Part shown: positions 38,998-52,960 of the stretch, one piece after another
Layout of the letters: each line of letters starts with the position of its first letter
How positions within the stretch are numbered: position 1 is the first letter of the stretch
From: Octopus vulgaris
Lineage: Eukaryota
DNA length: 64,000 bases
Reading direction: 5' to 3'
Assembly: GCA_951406725.2 (NCBI GenBank)
Contig: OX597814.1
Coordinates: 122,140,001 to 122,204,000 of the forward strand
Notes under the pieces: generated by a model
Seen by the model: the letters and a program-made list of their open reading frames with translations, nothing else
Databases searched by the model: none
Told to the model about the DNA's origin: nothing
Translations under genes and position numbers: made by a program

Positions 38998-39163
38998 AAT
39001 CGGGTCTGACCCTTAGCTGTATCGTATGTATCAGGGTCAGATTTGCACGAAAGAATTTTTTTCCCTTTTTTACTAAGGCATATTTCCGTCAGAGTGAGTG
39101 TCTGTTTGAAGTAGCGGCCGTGGTGAAATTTGGTTCTCCTTTTCGGAGGACTTATCTTTTGTT

Positions 39164-40658
39164 TTAGTATTCCTGGCCCAGGGTGTTTAAACTTGGTCTA
39201 AATTTTTTTATGAAATATAGTTCTTTATTTTGGCGTTGTGTGAAGGTTGCGTTGTCACTGAATTTATAGAGCGGGTTAGTTGTAAATTTCGGATTTACAT
39301 TTCCAGCACATCTATGTATGTGTCCGCTGACCGGTATTTTGCGGTAATCAGGGTTTCTAATTTGTGATTTATGCACCGCCATCCTGTTACGTAAGCTATT
39401 TTTTGTATGGCCTATATACTGCCTATTGCAGCCTGCGCATGTTATGACGTAAATTAAGTTTTCTGATGCGCAGGTGAAGTTTGTTCTAATGGTGAACTGG
39501 TGGCCTTGTTCCAGTATAAATTCTGATCCTTCTTTCAAGATGACACAGATTCCGCAGTTGGGCCTTCCACATTTTCTAACTGCTGGTTTTGTGGTTGATG
39601 TTGAGTGCAGTGTAGCTTGGGTTAAAATCCTTTTCAAGGATTTTGGTTGCCGTTTACTTTTAATGATGGTGTGTGTTTCGAGGATCCGGTTCATCTTTGG
39701 GTCTCCCTTTAGTAGGGCTGTGCTTTGTAGTATGGTGTTGAAGGCCTCATTGTTGAGTGGGTTGTGTGTAGAGATGTAGGGAAGGGTTTTTAATTGTTCT
39801 TTCTTTTTTGGTTTTGTTTGTCTCAGGTCTTCTATACTTAATTTAAGTACCCGTTGGATTGCACTGTCTATTAAGGGCTGTGGATAGTTTCTATTTGTGA
39901 GTGTGGTTCTAAGTTCCTGGAGACGTGTGTGTCGGGTGTTTGTGTCTGATATTATGGTGCAAATCCTTCTAGCTAAACAAAAAGGGACATTCATTCTAGT
40001 GTGTCGTGGGTGGCATGAATCAAAGGGTTGGTACTGTTTAGAGTCTGTCGGTTTATAGTAGATATCTGTCTCTATTTTGTTGCCGGTTATCTTAATGAGG
40101 ATGTCTAAAAATGGTAATTCTTTTTCGTTGTTGTCCATCGTGAATTGTATATTGTCATTTATTCCATTTAATAGAATTTTAAATTCCTCAAGTTTCTCTA
40201 TGCCTTTGTCCCAGATGATGAAACAGTCATCGAGGTATCTTTTCCAGTTGTTATGGATATAGGTGGCGAAGGTGTTGCCATATTTCTCGAGTGTCATCCG
40301 GTATAGTATTTTCTCGAGGTATCCCATCACTAGGTTGGCAAAAGATGGTGCAGTACGCGTGCCCATCGCTGTTCCCGATCTTTGCCTGTAGAAATCATTG
40401 TCAAAAATAAAATAATTGTTCTCTAAAATGAATCTAAGTCCTTCTATTATAAGGTCTTTGTTTATGCGAGTTGGGAGTTCAAAGGGGTAGTTATTCAGCC
40501 AGAAGGTGATTGCTTCTATTCCTAGGTTGTGAGGGATGTTAGAATAAAGATTAACTACGTCGAATGATACTAGAAGGGTTTTCTCATTGACTGTTTTAGG
40601 GAGGTGGTTGAGCATATCTATATCGTCTCTTACGTAGCTTTTGATGTGTTTTAGGAAA

Positions 40659-40663
<5 letters not shown>
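39164..40663 (-). CDS. Penelope-like reverse transcriptase + GIY-YIG endonuclease (499 aa open, N-terminus missing)
   Basis: [38 protein letters not shown] linker, [35 protein letters not shown]. The first 45 aa of the listed ORF come from the microsatellite flank. Confidence 0.95.
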
Positions 40664-40720
<57 letters not shown>

Positions 40721-40736
40721 CACACATGTATATGCG

Positions 40737-40775
<39 letters not shown>

Positions 40776-40904
40776 CTGCATGAGTTAGAGGTTAACATAC
40801 CGTATAAGGGATATCAAATATCCAATACATTAGTGGATGTGCACCTAAGTATTTTTAACCAAGTGCTTACTATCGCATGGCAATATTGCAATTGAATACT
40901 AGGC

Positions 40905-40979
<75 letters not shown>

Positions 40980-40997
40980 AGTATATATTTATAAATA

Positions 40998-42239
40998 CAC
41001 AGACAACACAGAAATAGACAACCCATAAAACATCGTTTTATGTTTATTTTAACTTGAAACGTTTTATATTTTTTCTTAATTGACATTGTTACGTTTTAGA
41101 TTATACATGTGACTGCTTAATCATGCCACGTATAAAAGAATCCTTGGAACTGTACGAATTTCAGAGAGGCCATATTGTGGTTCAATCCGAATGTAGACTT
41201 AATGTAAAATCGCAGGAAACACTAGGATCCCGCTTTCTACAGTTAATAGAGTGATTGTGCAATTCACCAGAGAGTGGAAGGAGTCTGCATCACCTTGCCC
41301 AGGTCGACCAGGTCCCTCTGACAGAACCTTTCGGTTTGTTAAGAAAAGTGTGGAGGATAATCCTCGTTGCAAGGTCTCTGACATAGCAGGACAAGTTGAT
41401 GTCAGTCCCAGAACAGCTGTCAGGTATCTTCCCAAAATTGGCTACAATGGCAGAGTAGCAAGAAAGAAACCGTTTCTTCTACCAGCCAATATGAAGCGAA
41501 AAAAAGATTAGACCAGTGAGATGGTGGAGAGATCACTAGCATTTTGGGACACTGTCATATTCTCTGATGAGTCCAGATCTGCTGTATTTTTTGACAGTGG
41601 TCGAGTGTGGGTCTGGAGACTCTATGATCAAGAAATTGATATGAAAAGGTTGCAGCCAACAACGAAATATGGCAGCTATTCTGTTATGGTCTGGGGAGCA
41701 ATTTGAAGCAATGGTTGATCAGAGCTGATGAAATGTGAGGGAAAGATAAATTCAGATAAATATGTCCCCATATAGCAGAAAGGGCTCCTTCCTATCCTTT
41801 CCAGTGGTGAACTGATTGAAGAAGGCTCTTTATTTATGGAAGATGGGGTTCCTTGTTATACAGGTTAAGAGATCCAAGATTTGTTGGAAGAGAATGGTAA
41901 TAAAAAGCTTCAACGTCGAAGCTAGCCACCAGATATGAATCCTATTGAACACCTCTTGTGCATAATGGACAGGACACTTCGTAAAAAGAACAAGAAAGCA
42001 TCCTCAAATCCAGATCTTTTGAGATTACTGCATGAAACTTGGCATGAAATTTGCTAAGAGAATATTCGTCATCCGATTAGTAACATGGCTAATACAGTCC
42101 ATTCACTGAAAAATGCAATGGGCAAGTCAACTAAATATTAGATCTTCACATTAAAATAATTAACAAATAATGTGAATATATAATTTCAGATTTAAATAAA
42201 TTTTAACAATTATAATAGTGTCTGTTTACTTCGGTCGTG
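40998..42239 (+). mobile_element. Tc1-like transposon with pseudogenised transposase (41123-42141)
   Basis: HTH region, GRP, ARKKPFL, VIFSDES, VMVWGAI, FMEDGVPC, PDMNPIEH, GKSTKY*; degraded TA-CAC...GTG-TA ends. Confidence 0.9.
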
Positions 42240-42406
42240 TATGTGGATACATATAAGTAATATGGATGGCTTATTAGGAATTTAATAACCTAAAGACAAA
42301 CGTATATACGTCACTAAAGTGACAGAGGGTGCAAAGTGGTACCAGCATAGCTAAAAATAAAGTCAAAACTACTCATTAGCCACAAGAGCAGTATCTTAAT
42401 AAGCTG

Positions 42407-42452
<46 letters not shown>

Positions 42453-42671
42453 ATGCCTGAGTGGGCAGCTGAGTAGTAAGAGCTACATATCTCATTATTT
42501 GAAACAGCTTGATTCAGTTTAGTTAGCTAAGCATGAACGAGCTAGACTTCTGTAAAGAGGCCTGCGAGACTTTCAGTCGCATACACCCGAATAAACCTAT
42601 TTTAAGTAATATCATATAAGTATCATATTTTAAATATCATATTTTAAGTAAGATATATATATATATACATG

Positions 42672-42702
<31 letters not shown>

Positions 42703-42734
42703 TATATGTATTTATATATATGTATGTATATATG

Positions 42735-42779
<45 letters not shown>

Positions 42780-42786
42780 ATATGTA

Positions 42787-42837
<51 letters not shown>

Positions 42838-42920
42838 ATATATATATATATATATATGTTTCTATGCATGAGTGTATTTAGACACGCATATGTATACATA
42901 TTTATGAAGAAATGTCTGTC

Positions 42921-42978
<58 letters not shown>

Positions 42979-43413
42979 GCCCACACGCCCCGATATACTT
43001 TTGTGTTTGCATGTCTCTGTATTTGTGTATTAAATATGCACTCGCAGGGCCTGCATAAGTGACATTGGCGAAATCACACAACCTCTGCTTCTAGACCGAA
43101 TCATTAAATATATGGCTCTGTGTGTGGTGTGTGGGGTGCGTGTTCTGCGTACGCTTGTATGTGTGCGTGTATTTGTATGTCAGTGTGTTAGTGTGTGACT
43201 TAGTGTGTATGCATGTGAATATATTGCCTGTGTATGTGTATGTGTGTATGGTCTATGTTGTGAGTGTGTATGTGTCTATTTACATGGTTTTGCCATTCTC
43301 ACTGTGTGCCAATAATATGCCAATGGTGGAAGTCAGAATGGCGTCACAATTTGGCATCCATCGTCAAATTGCTTTTTAAATCAATTAACTCAGTTTTGTT
43401 TCTCTATTTGTAG

Positions 43414-43630
43414 TAGGAAGTTTTACAACGCTTGCAACTATAAACAAATCTAAGAAAAGCAATTACAGATGTTGTTTTTGTTTGCCACTCGTTAAAAATA
43501 GCGTCATAAAGACACAAGCTAAGGTATCTGGGGAGAATAATGTCAGACAATCTGTTAAGAAAGCATCCAGGAACAATGAGATTTTGTTGAAATTAAGGGA
43601 AGGAATGATAGGGGAAGTAAAATGCGTATC
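43414..43630 (+). pseudogene. Possible relic FBG C-terminal exon
   Basis: Acceptor TCTCTATTTGTAG; open frame KSNYRCCFC...EGMIGEVKC (cf. YYCNCD ... VGPL.C). Confidence 0.3.
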
Positions 43631-43839
43631 TGTTAATATAAGGATTCAAAGAATAAAAAAAATAATAGTTTTGTAATTGGTAACTAATAAAGAGATGTAA
43701 AAATATTATTAGCCCTGTTGGCGCGACTAATAATTAGCTCTGGTATTAATTAAAAGGGTAAGTCGATCTATCAAAGTTCAATCCATATAGAATCCATTGC
43801 GAAGCGGTAGTAATAAAACTAAATGAAGGACTGGGTCGT

Positions 43840-44164
43840 TAACGTACAAAAAGATTAACACCAAGTAATTGTAGTATAGGAAACAGCTATTTACTGTATA
43901 GAGCTGCCACTGCACACACCGGTAAGCTAGTTGTTATTTTAGTGTCTGCTGAGAGTTTAGGTTGTAGTATTGTAACTGTCATGTAACTAAAATATTTGCT
44001 TTTAGTTATCATTATAGAAAATGTCAACAGTTGCGCATATATCCTGTTCAATACCAACCCATAAATATTTTTTCGTTCCATTTCTAATATATATATTATG
44101 ACAGTTTTTGCACATCCAAATTGTTAATACTTTCACAATCATGGTACTTGTGCGCTTCACAAAT
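43840..44164 (-). pseudogene. Relic exon: EGF end plus FBG N-terminal half
   Basis: Acceptor TTCGTAG; ICEAHKYHDCESI / IYIRNGTKKYLWV / LQYYNLNSQQTLK*QLAYRCVQW. Confidence 0.55.
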
Positions 44165-44333
44165 CTACGAACCATGCAGAGGATAACGCCAAACAATTTA
44201 AATCGAAAATTTAAACATTTGTAGGTCCCACCTTGATGACTTTATCTCTAAAACCATCAAAATACAGAAGTTTAAGTTCAACTTCAAGCTTTCTTGACTT
44301 AGTCTTCAGGTCTGGGAAGGAGAACAAATAAGT

Positions 44334-45203
<870 letters not shown>

Positions 45204-45527
45204 TGGGAACGCATGAAATGTTTCTAAAAAGAAATATATCCAGGCAATTTGCTATAAGATTTCCGAATGACATCTTCAAGAAATGTAAATGCATGATTAA
45301 TTTGATATGATATAAGAATAATTTGAATATCCAACATATACAGTTTTCATACATGAGAATTATTTACAATTACTATAAGGGTAACAGATAACTGTATGCT
45401 GACAAGTTCGTTAAATAAAAATACGTTTATGATGTTCGTTCCTGTTCTCTAGGAATCTTGCAGAGGATAATTTTGCAATAATTCTTCCGCGATGGATAAA
45501 ATAGAGTACCAGTCAACTTATAAGTTA

Positions 45528-45860
45528 CTAGCAGTATCGCCCGGCGTTGCTCAGGTTTGTAAGGGAAATAACTATAAAGCAGTTAAAAGCAGTTTTGAGA
45601 GTTAAAAAGGTGGAGTTGCGTCCCCTAGACGGTCTGTGGTTTGGGTTTCTGATTCTCGACCCCCTGTTGAATTTATCGATTTTTTTCAGAACTGAGGGAA
45701 CTTTTCAAAATTTTCGCTGCGTTAGTTTTGAATTATGACATTGGGCTATGTGTGTGTCAAGTTTCATCAGAATCGGTTGAAAGCCGTGGTCAGAGTGAGG
45801 GTACGAGAAAACAGACACACAGAAAACGCACAGACAAACTGCCGTTTATATAGAGAGAGA
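45528..45860 (-). mobile_element. Non-autonomous Helitron (Lep1-like organisation)
   Basis: 5' TC, (CTGT)-like repeat near the 5' end, subterminal hairpin CCTGAGCAACGCCGGG, 3' CTAG, inserted between A and T. Confidence 0.8.
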
Positions 45861-46112
45861 TTTCAATCGACCAAACACTCCCACAAAATATTTTGTTTCG
45901 TACATATTTCACAAAGACTTCTAATGATTATAATTAGGCGACGAATTCTAATACTTTTAAGCGTTTATATCGTTAATTGGTTGATCTTTACGTTTTTCTT
46001 AAAAAGTTTCAGCAATTATTTATCGGTCCCGTGGATTTCCTAAGAAAAACAGAAAAAATGAAAACGGTGCTGTGATGTTCATGCATTTACTAAAGGGTTT
46101 ATTCAGATGGCT

Positions 46113-46625
46113 GTGGAGGCGCATGGCTTAGTGGTTACGGTGTCAGCATCATGATCGTAAGATTGTGGTTTCGATTCCTGGACCGCGCGACGAGTTGTGT
46201 TCTTGAGGAAAACACTTTATTTCACGTTGCTCCAGTCCACTCAGCTGGCAAAAATGAGTAACGCTGCGATGGATTGGCGTCCCATCCAGCTGGGGAACAC
46301 ATATGCCATTGAAACCGGGAAACCGGGCCCATGAGCCTGGCTAGGCTTTAAAAGGACGCATTTATTTGTGGAGGCACGTGGCTTAGTGGTTAGGGTGTCA
46401 GCATCATGATCGTAAGATTGTGGTTTCGATTCCTGTACTGGGCGACGCGTTGTGTTCTTGAGCAAAACACTTCATTTCACGTTACTCCAGTCCACTCAGC
46501 TCGCAAAAATTAGTAACGCTGCGATCGACTGGCATCCCGTCCAGCTGGGAAACACATACGCCATTGAAACCGGGAAAGCGGGCCCATGAGCTTGGCTAGG
46601 CTTTAAAAGGGTGGATTTATTTTAT
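46113..46625 (+). mobile_element. Tandem pair of SINE family D
   Basis: Two ~255 bp units, each with a tRNA-like head GTGGAGGC..TGGCTTAGTGG..GTTTCGATTCC and a (TTTA)n tail. Confidence 0.9.
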
Positions 46626-46789
46626 TTTATTTAGATGGCTATGAAATGGCTGCCTGTAGAAATCGAACTTCATTTCATAGTTTTGTTCATTTTTGCTTAT
46701 CAACTCATCAAAGATTCTGACCTTTAATAATTCATTAATATGAATAATTACTTTCGATGATTTAGCAAAGTATTTAAGATTTGTTGATG

Positions 46790-47091
46790 AGAGTTATCCA
46801 TTAACAGATGCCACACATTCTAGTCACATGAGCCACGTCAGAACTTCAGAATAATTTAATAAAGTAATCATTGATTTTAGAACTGTGCATACTTTCAAAT
46901 CTATAAGCCTACACAAACATGCGGTGTTGATGGACGAACAGTTCCATGTAATTTCGGTATAATAGCAATCATAAGAATGCTCAGTGTGCGATGGATTATA
47001 CACCCGTCCATAACTCTCAATAAAATAATTACAGTAATTCCTTGACTATCGTGGGTGTTACGTTCCCAAACCTCCCACGATAGGTGAAAAT
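46790..47091 (-). pseudogene. Relic exon: FBG middle
   Basis: Acceptor TTTCGTAG; LSWEVWERNTHDS / RNYCNYFIESY...TACLCRLIDLKVC in a frame open for over 60 codons. Confidence 0.55.
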
Positions 47092-47189
47092 CTACGAAAT
47101 AGAAACAGTACTGTATTGTATGTTTTTTTATATTATTTTTATAATTTATTTTATTATAAATGCAAAACAACACGGGGAGATTGACGTAA

Positions 47190-47255
47190 GCTTAAATAAT
47201 AAACCGAGATAGGTGAAACGCGGTAGGTGAACCGCGATATGACGAGGGAACACTG
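47190..47255. mobile_element. Pogo/Tigger-like TIR fragment
   Basis: Reverse complement CAGTGTTCCCTCGTCATATCGCGGTTCACC. Confidence 0.5.
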
Positions 47256-47279
47256 TTTAAATATCCTTCTTATTTGTGA

Positions 47280-47700
47280 AGCGGCGAGCTGTCAGAATCG
47301 ATAGCACGCTGGACGAAATGCTTAGCAGTATTTCGTCAGACTTTACCTTTCATCCTTTCGGGCTCGATGAATTAAGTACCAGTTGCGTACTGCGGTCGAT
47401 CTAATCGACTGGCCCCCTCCCCCAAAATTTTGGGCCTTGTGCCTTGAGTAGAAAAGAATAGAAAATAATATCTTTCTACTTTGTAAAGGCGGCGAGCTGG
47501 CAGAATCGATAGCACGCCGGACGAAATGCTTAGCAGTGCTTCATCCGACTTTACATTCCCAGATCATATTCCGCAGCGGTCGACTTTGCTTTTCATCCTT
47601 TCTGGGTCGATAAAATAAATACCAACTGAGCACTGAGGTCAATGTAATCGACTATCCCGTTCCCTAAAATTACTGGCCTTGTGCCAAAAATTCAAATCAA
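47280..47700 (+). mobile_element. Two adjacent family B SINEs
   Basis: Heads at ~47280 and ~47488. Confidence 0.85.
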
Positions 47701-47892
47701 TATCTTTCTACCTTCTCTTTGGTATCCCTTAAATATACTTATAAAAATAACAATAACATTTTCTATTCTTCTCAAACACAATAGTTCCAGCATTAAGAAA
47801 CACGTATTTTTCAGTGAGTATGACGGAATACCAGTTTTAAAAGCAGGTGAATTCTACACAGATCAGCATTTAATTGGTATTAATTTTTATCA

Positions 47893-48205
47893 GTGGAAGC
47901 ACATGGCCTAGTGGTCAGAGCAGCGGACCTCGCGGTCGAGGGACCGCGGATTCGAATCTCAGACCCGGCGATGTGTGTGTTTATGAGCGAAACACTTAAG
48001 CTCCACGCGGCTCCAGCTGAAGGTAATGGCGAACTTCTGCTAACTCTTTTGCCACAACTTTCTCTCAATCTTTCCTCCAGCATCTTGCAGCTCACCTGCA
48101 ACGGACCGGCGTTCCGTCCAGGTGGGGAACCTATACAACAAGTAAACCGGGAAACCGGCCCTTATGAGCCAGGTGTGGCTCGAGAAGAAAAAAACAACAA
48201 ACAAC
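47893..48205 (+). mobile_element. SINE with C-like head and D-like tail
   Basis: tRNA-like head; tail AAACCGGGAAACCGGCCC.TATGAGCC shared with family D. Confidence 0.75.
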
Positions 48206-48363
48206 AATTTTTATCCACACACCAGAATGTTAAAAATCAAAGCTTATCTGGGAACGATCAATAAATACAATAAGAAAAAAATTCAAAACCACCCGTCCTC
48301 TTAAATTTGTATACATTCTCACACAAGGAAGCTTACACATATATGTGAGCATATATATCGATA

Positions 48364-48677
48364 TCACAGTGATCACCGTGACCGATCAGGCTATAAGATG
48401 TTGCTACACATCGCTGGTCACAATGCGTTTCGCATTGTTTTAGCCTTCAAATGACACTACCCAGCTGGCTAAGCGAGTAGGCCAACAGAAGAAAGAGTGA
48501 AAGAAAGTTGTGGCGAAATAGTACAACAGGGATTGCTACCACCAACCCCTGCCGTAATTTCGTAGAGCTTTAGATGTTTTCGCTCAATAAACACTCACAA
48601 CGCCCGGTCTGGAAATCGAAACCGCGATCCTACGACTACGAATCCGCTGCCCTAACCACAGGGCCATTGTGCCTCCA
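48364..48677 (-). mobile_element. SINE family C
   Basis: Matches 44635-44924. Confidence 0.9.
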
Positions 48678-48721
48678 CATATACCGATATATGTATGAAT
48701 TAATATATAGAAATATATAAC

Positions 48722-49005
48722 TAACAGTCCGTCGGTTGCGAATATGAGGGTTCGAGTTTGTTCAATCAACGGGACAGCCTGCTTGTGAAATTAGCGTGCA
48801 AGTGATGCGCTTAACCGTAACGACGTTCTCGGTGAGATTTAGCGTGACACAGATTATGACAATGCTGGTTGATTGAATTTCAGGTATTACTAATTTTTGC
48901 CAGGTGAGTGGAGTGGAACAACGTGAAGTAAAATGTCTTTCTCAAGACACACAACGAGCCGCCAGGCATCGAACACACGACCTTATGATGGTGAGCCGAA
49001 TATTC
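48722..49005 (-). mobile_element. Diverged SINE sharing the family D core
   Basis: TTGTGTGTCTTGAGAAAGACATTTTACTTCACGTTG.TCCA.TCCACTCA on the minus strand. Confidence 0.65.
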
Positions 49006-49234
49006 CTTTTTTTACTCTTTTTTACTTGTTTCAGTCATTTGACTGCGGCCATGCTGGAGCACCGCCTTTAGTCGAATCAAATCGACACCAGGACTTATTC
49101 TCTGTAAGCCTAGTACTTATTCTATCGGTCTTTTTTGCCGAACCGCAAGGTTACGGAGACGTAAACGCACCAGTATCGTTTGTCAAGCCATGTTGGGGCG
49201 AGAAACACAGACACAAACATGTACACACACATAC

Positions 49235-49284
<50 letters not shown>

Positions 49285-49461
49285 ATATATATACATGTAT
49301 ACGACAGGCTTCTTTCAGTTTCTTTCTACCAAATCCACTCACAAGGCTTTGGTAGGCCCGAGGCGATAATAGAAGACACTTGCCAAAAGTGCCACGCAGT
49401 GGGACTGATTCCGGAACCATGTGGATGGTAAGCAAGCTATTTACCACGCAGCCACTCCTGT
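49006..49461 (-). mobile_element. SINE family A
   Basis: Full length. Confidence 0.9.
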
Positions 49462-49518
49462 GCTGTTATTTTTTTAATATTTGGTGTAAATCATGTGTGT
49501 GTGTGTGTGTGTGTATAC

Positions 49519-49948
<430 letters not shown>

Positions 49949-50095
49949 TGTGTGTGTAAGTAAACGCATGCCTGTGTATGAAATATACGTGCTCGAAAGT
50001 CTAACTTAAAATTCCTGAGCATAAATTTATACAAATATACATACATGTGCATCCACACAAACACATACATAATCGCGAACTCACACACATACACA

Positions 50096-50131
<36 letters not shown>

Positions 50132-50144
50132 CTATATACACACA

Positions 50145-50510
50145 TAATGCAATAATCCAATACATCCCCAAAAAATTCTACAAAGCCGCGCATTACAAAG
50201 CGAACATCAATCTCGTATGATTCTAAATCGCACTAAAATAATCATGTCTCTCTCTATCCGGAATCTCTCTAACCAAGTAGTCGGCTTAGATATGCCGAAC
50301 TGATAAAAGCTGTGTTTTATATTTGTCATTTAAGCCTTCATTTTGTCTTATGTTATTGCAGTTGTTGTTTTGCATTTGGTGTAAATCTCTTTGCAATTTC
50401 AAATCCCTCAGGCGAGTCTCTACATTTTCAAAGCCAGAATGTATATTTTTTAATAGGTATAACTTCGTTATTAGATGGGAATTGATAGTTCCGAAAGTAA
50501 ATACTATTTA
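50145..50510 (-). pseudogene. Relic exon: FBG C-terminus joined to the next FBG N-terminus
   Basis: INSHLITKLYL..ETRLRDLKLQRD..NNNCNNIRQ / DYLVREIPD / LF*CDL..VMRGFVE; same layout as 8280-8600. Confidence 0.45.
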
Positions 50511-50725
50511 ATCCGAATTACGTCATTAATACTATACAGATGTTTTACACCTCTGAGGTGTGTTATGATTACTTGTAAATTTCATTGTTTATTTTTATAT
50601 ATTTATGTATATATATATTTATTTGCTTTTGCCGTTTGATAATAATGCAGTGTTTCCAATTGTGCAATACACATACACGCAGTTGTATGCACAGTCACGC
50701 TTACAAACATGTGTGTGAATGTATG

Positions 50726-50770
<45 letters not shown>

Positions 50771-50912
50771 GTGTATGTGTGTGTTTGTGCGCGTGCGTGT
50801 ATATTTTATGAATATTTATCTATTTCTGTATATAGGGATAGATATGTACATATATTTTTGCATATATAAATAGATGCATATATGTACATATGCATGGATG
50901 TATATATTCTAT

Positions 50913-50972
<60 letters not shown>

Positions 50973-51424
50973 TGATATATATACATATATGTATACACAT
51001 ATTCATAGATACATAAATACATAATACATATAAGCTGAAATGTTTAAACGTATGCAATTTATGTGTATGTATATGTGTACGTTTGTGTGTTGTACATATA
51101 TATCTGCATTTGCATATATATATATGTGTGTATGTATGTATGTATATACATACACACACACACAAACACACACACACAAACACGCGCACCCGCACACACA
51201 TATATATATATATATATATCAACACATATATGCGTATATTTATAAAGCTATGTATGAGTATATGTGTGTGTGTATGGGTTTGTATATGCACGTATATGTA
51301 TAAGTATATATGTATATACAATATAATTATATGTGCGTATGTATGTGCGTATTATAATGTATGATATCAGATATCACTAACGAACAATAGATATCATTTT
51401 TGTTCTTTAATTGTGATATGAAAT

Positions 51425-51615
51425 AACTCAGAAGCAAGGTTTGTTATGCACAGATATTCCACAGGGAAGAAAATTGGCCAATTAGTACAATTTCTTGAGA
51501 AATTGCCGCCAGTAGTGAAATGTTTTCTTCATAATCCTCTCAGTTGAAACTTGACTCTTTTCCATTTAGATGGCAACATAATCTCGATGCTGATCTATTA
51601 CAGCCTCATATGATC
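51425..51615 (-). pseudogene. Relic exon: FBG middle
   Basis: YEAVID/ASRLC, FN*EDYEENI/HYW/GGNFSRNCT (cf. H.YWGG...C.C). Confidence 0.55.
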
Positions 51616-52005
51616 ATATATTTTATATACCACAGTCTTAAATTTATGTTATTTATATTCTCACTCACTTACACAAACACGCGCGTGCACACCTACTTAC
51701 ACAAATTCGCTTGCGTATGTATGTATATATATATATTACTTTATTTGCTAAAAAAAATTTTGAAACCTAGGTCTGACCGGAATAAAATAACAAGGTAAGA
51801 TTTTTATTTTTCATTCCTTTTTGGAGATTGCTCTTAAATGTGGTTATGGTCGTTCTGACCGTTTCTTCTAGCGTGTAAATCTGCCTGTTGAAGGCAGTCT
51901 TCGCTTGTGTTTAAATATACACTATTTTATACTGAGAATATGTTGTCTATTGACTTTTTATACATGCTAAGCCACTCGTAGTGCAATTACTAAAACAAAT
52001 CACTA

Positions 52006-52056
<51 letters not shown>

Positions 52057-52119
52057 ATATGTATATATATGTATATATATATGTGTATGTGTGTATGCAT
52101 ATATATATATATATATACA

Positions 52120-52156
<37 letters not shown>

Positions 52157-52295
52157 GTATATACTCGTACACGTACATACAGGCGCGCACACATACACTC
52201 ACGCAAACACGCACATACACTCAGGCACGCATGCACACACCCATACACACACACGTACGCATGCACACACCCATATACATACGCGCACACACGCA

Positions 52296-52354
<59 letters not shown>

Positions 52355-52921
52355 GAGCAATGTGTGTGGCACTAATAGAAACACATCTGAATGCTGACAT
52401 ACCAGGTGCTACGACACGTACCAAAGTATACTGTATGTCGAACAGACAGGAGAGAAAGAGCTCGTTGTGGAGTGACATGTACATCCTGGAAGACCTCATC
52501 TCTGTAGTCCTGCTGCCACACTCAAACACAGTTTGTGACGCTCCGGTAGTACATTAAACAAAACGATAATATACACTACATGTTGCCCGCCAGCTGCTTT
52601 AATCATGGAGTGTCTCAAAAAGTTGGAGGAAATATTAACCAATCTAGATGACAGCCGTCATATATTTCTTCTAAGGGACTTCAACCTCCTCAATGTTGAA
52701 CGGGCTGAGAGTAGCCTACTCTATGGCAAGTCACTGCAAGTACAAAGGCAAGCTGAGAAAGTGACCGAACTTGTTCTTTATGGAGCAACAAGTGGTAAAA
52801 ATATCTTGCACCTCTGTTTCACTAATAATGCGGCGTTCCCCCATAGTGTTAAGGTGACACCGATGATTATCTCGAACCCTAACTTAATAGTACCAACAGT
52901 TTATAAAAATATGTATGAGGA

Positions 52922-52960
<39 letters not shown>

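Larger units (their letters stand above)
38183..40663 (-). mobile_element. Penelope-like element (Neptune-type), 5'-truncated, between (TA)n tracts
   Basis: Intact RT-GIY-YIG ORF plus ~1 kb of 3' region. The left boundary is inferred from the (TA)n. Confidence 0.8.

Noticed and set aside
42449-42600. TG-starting segment with AATAAA as a solo LTR
   Set aside because: No clear CA end, target-site duplication or second copy.
46113-48677. tRNA genes
   Set aside because: The A/B-box heads continue into SINE bodies and lack a complete cloverleaf.
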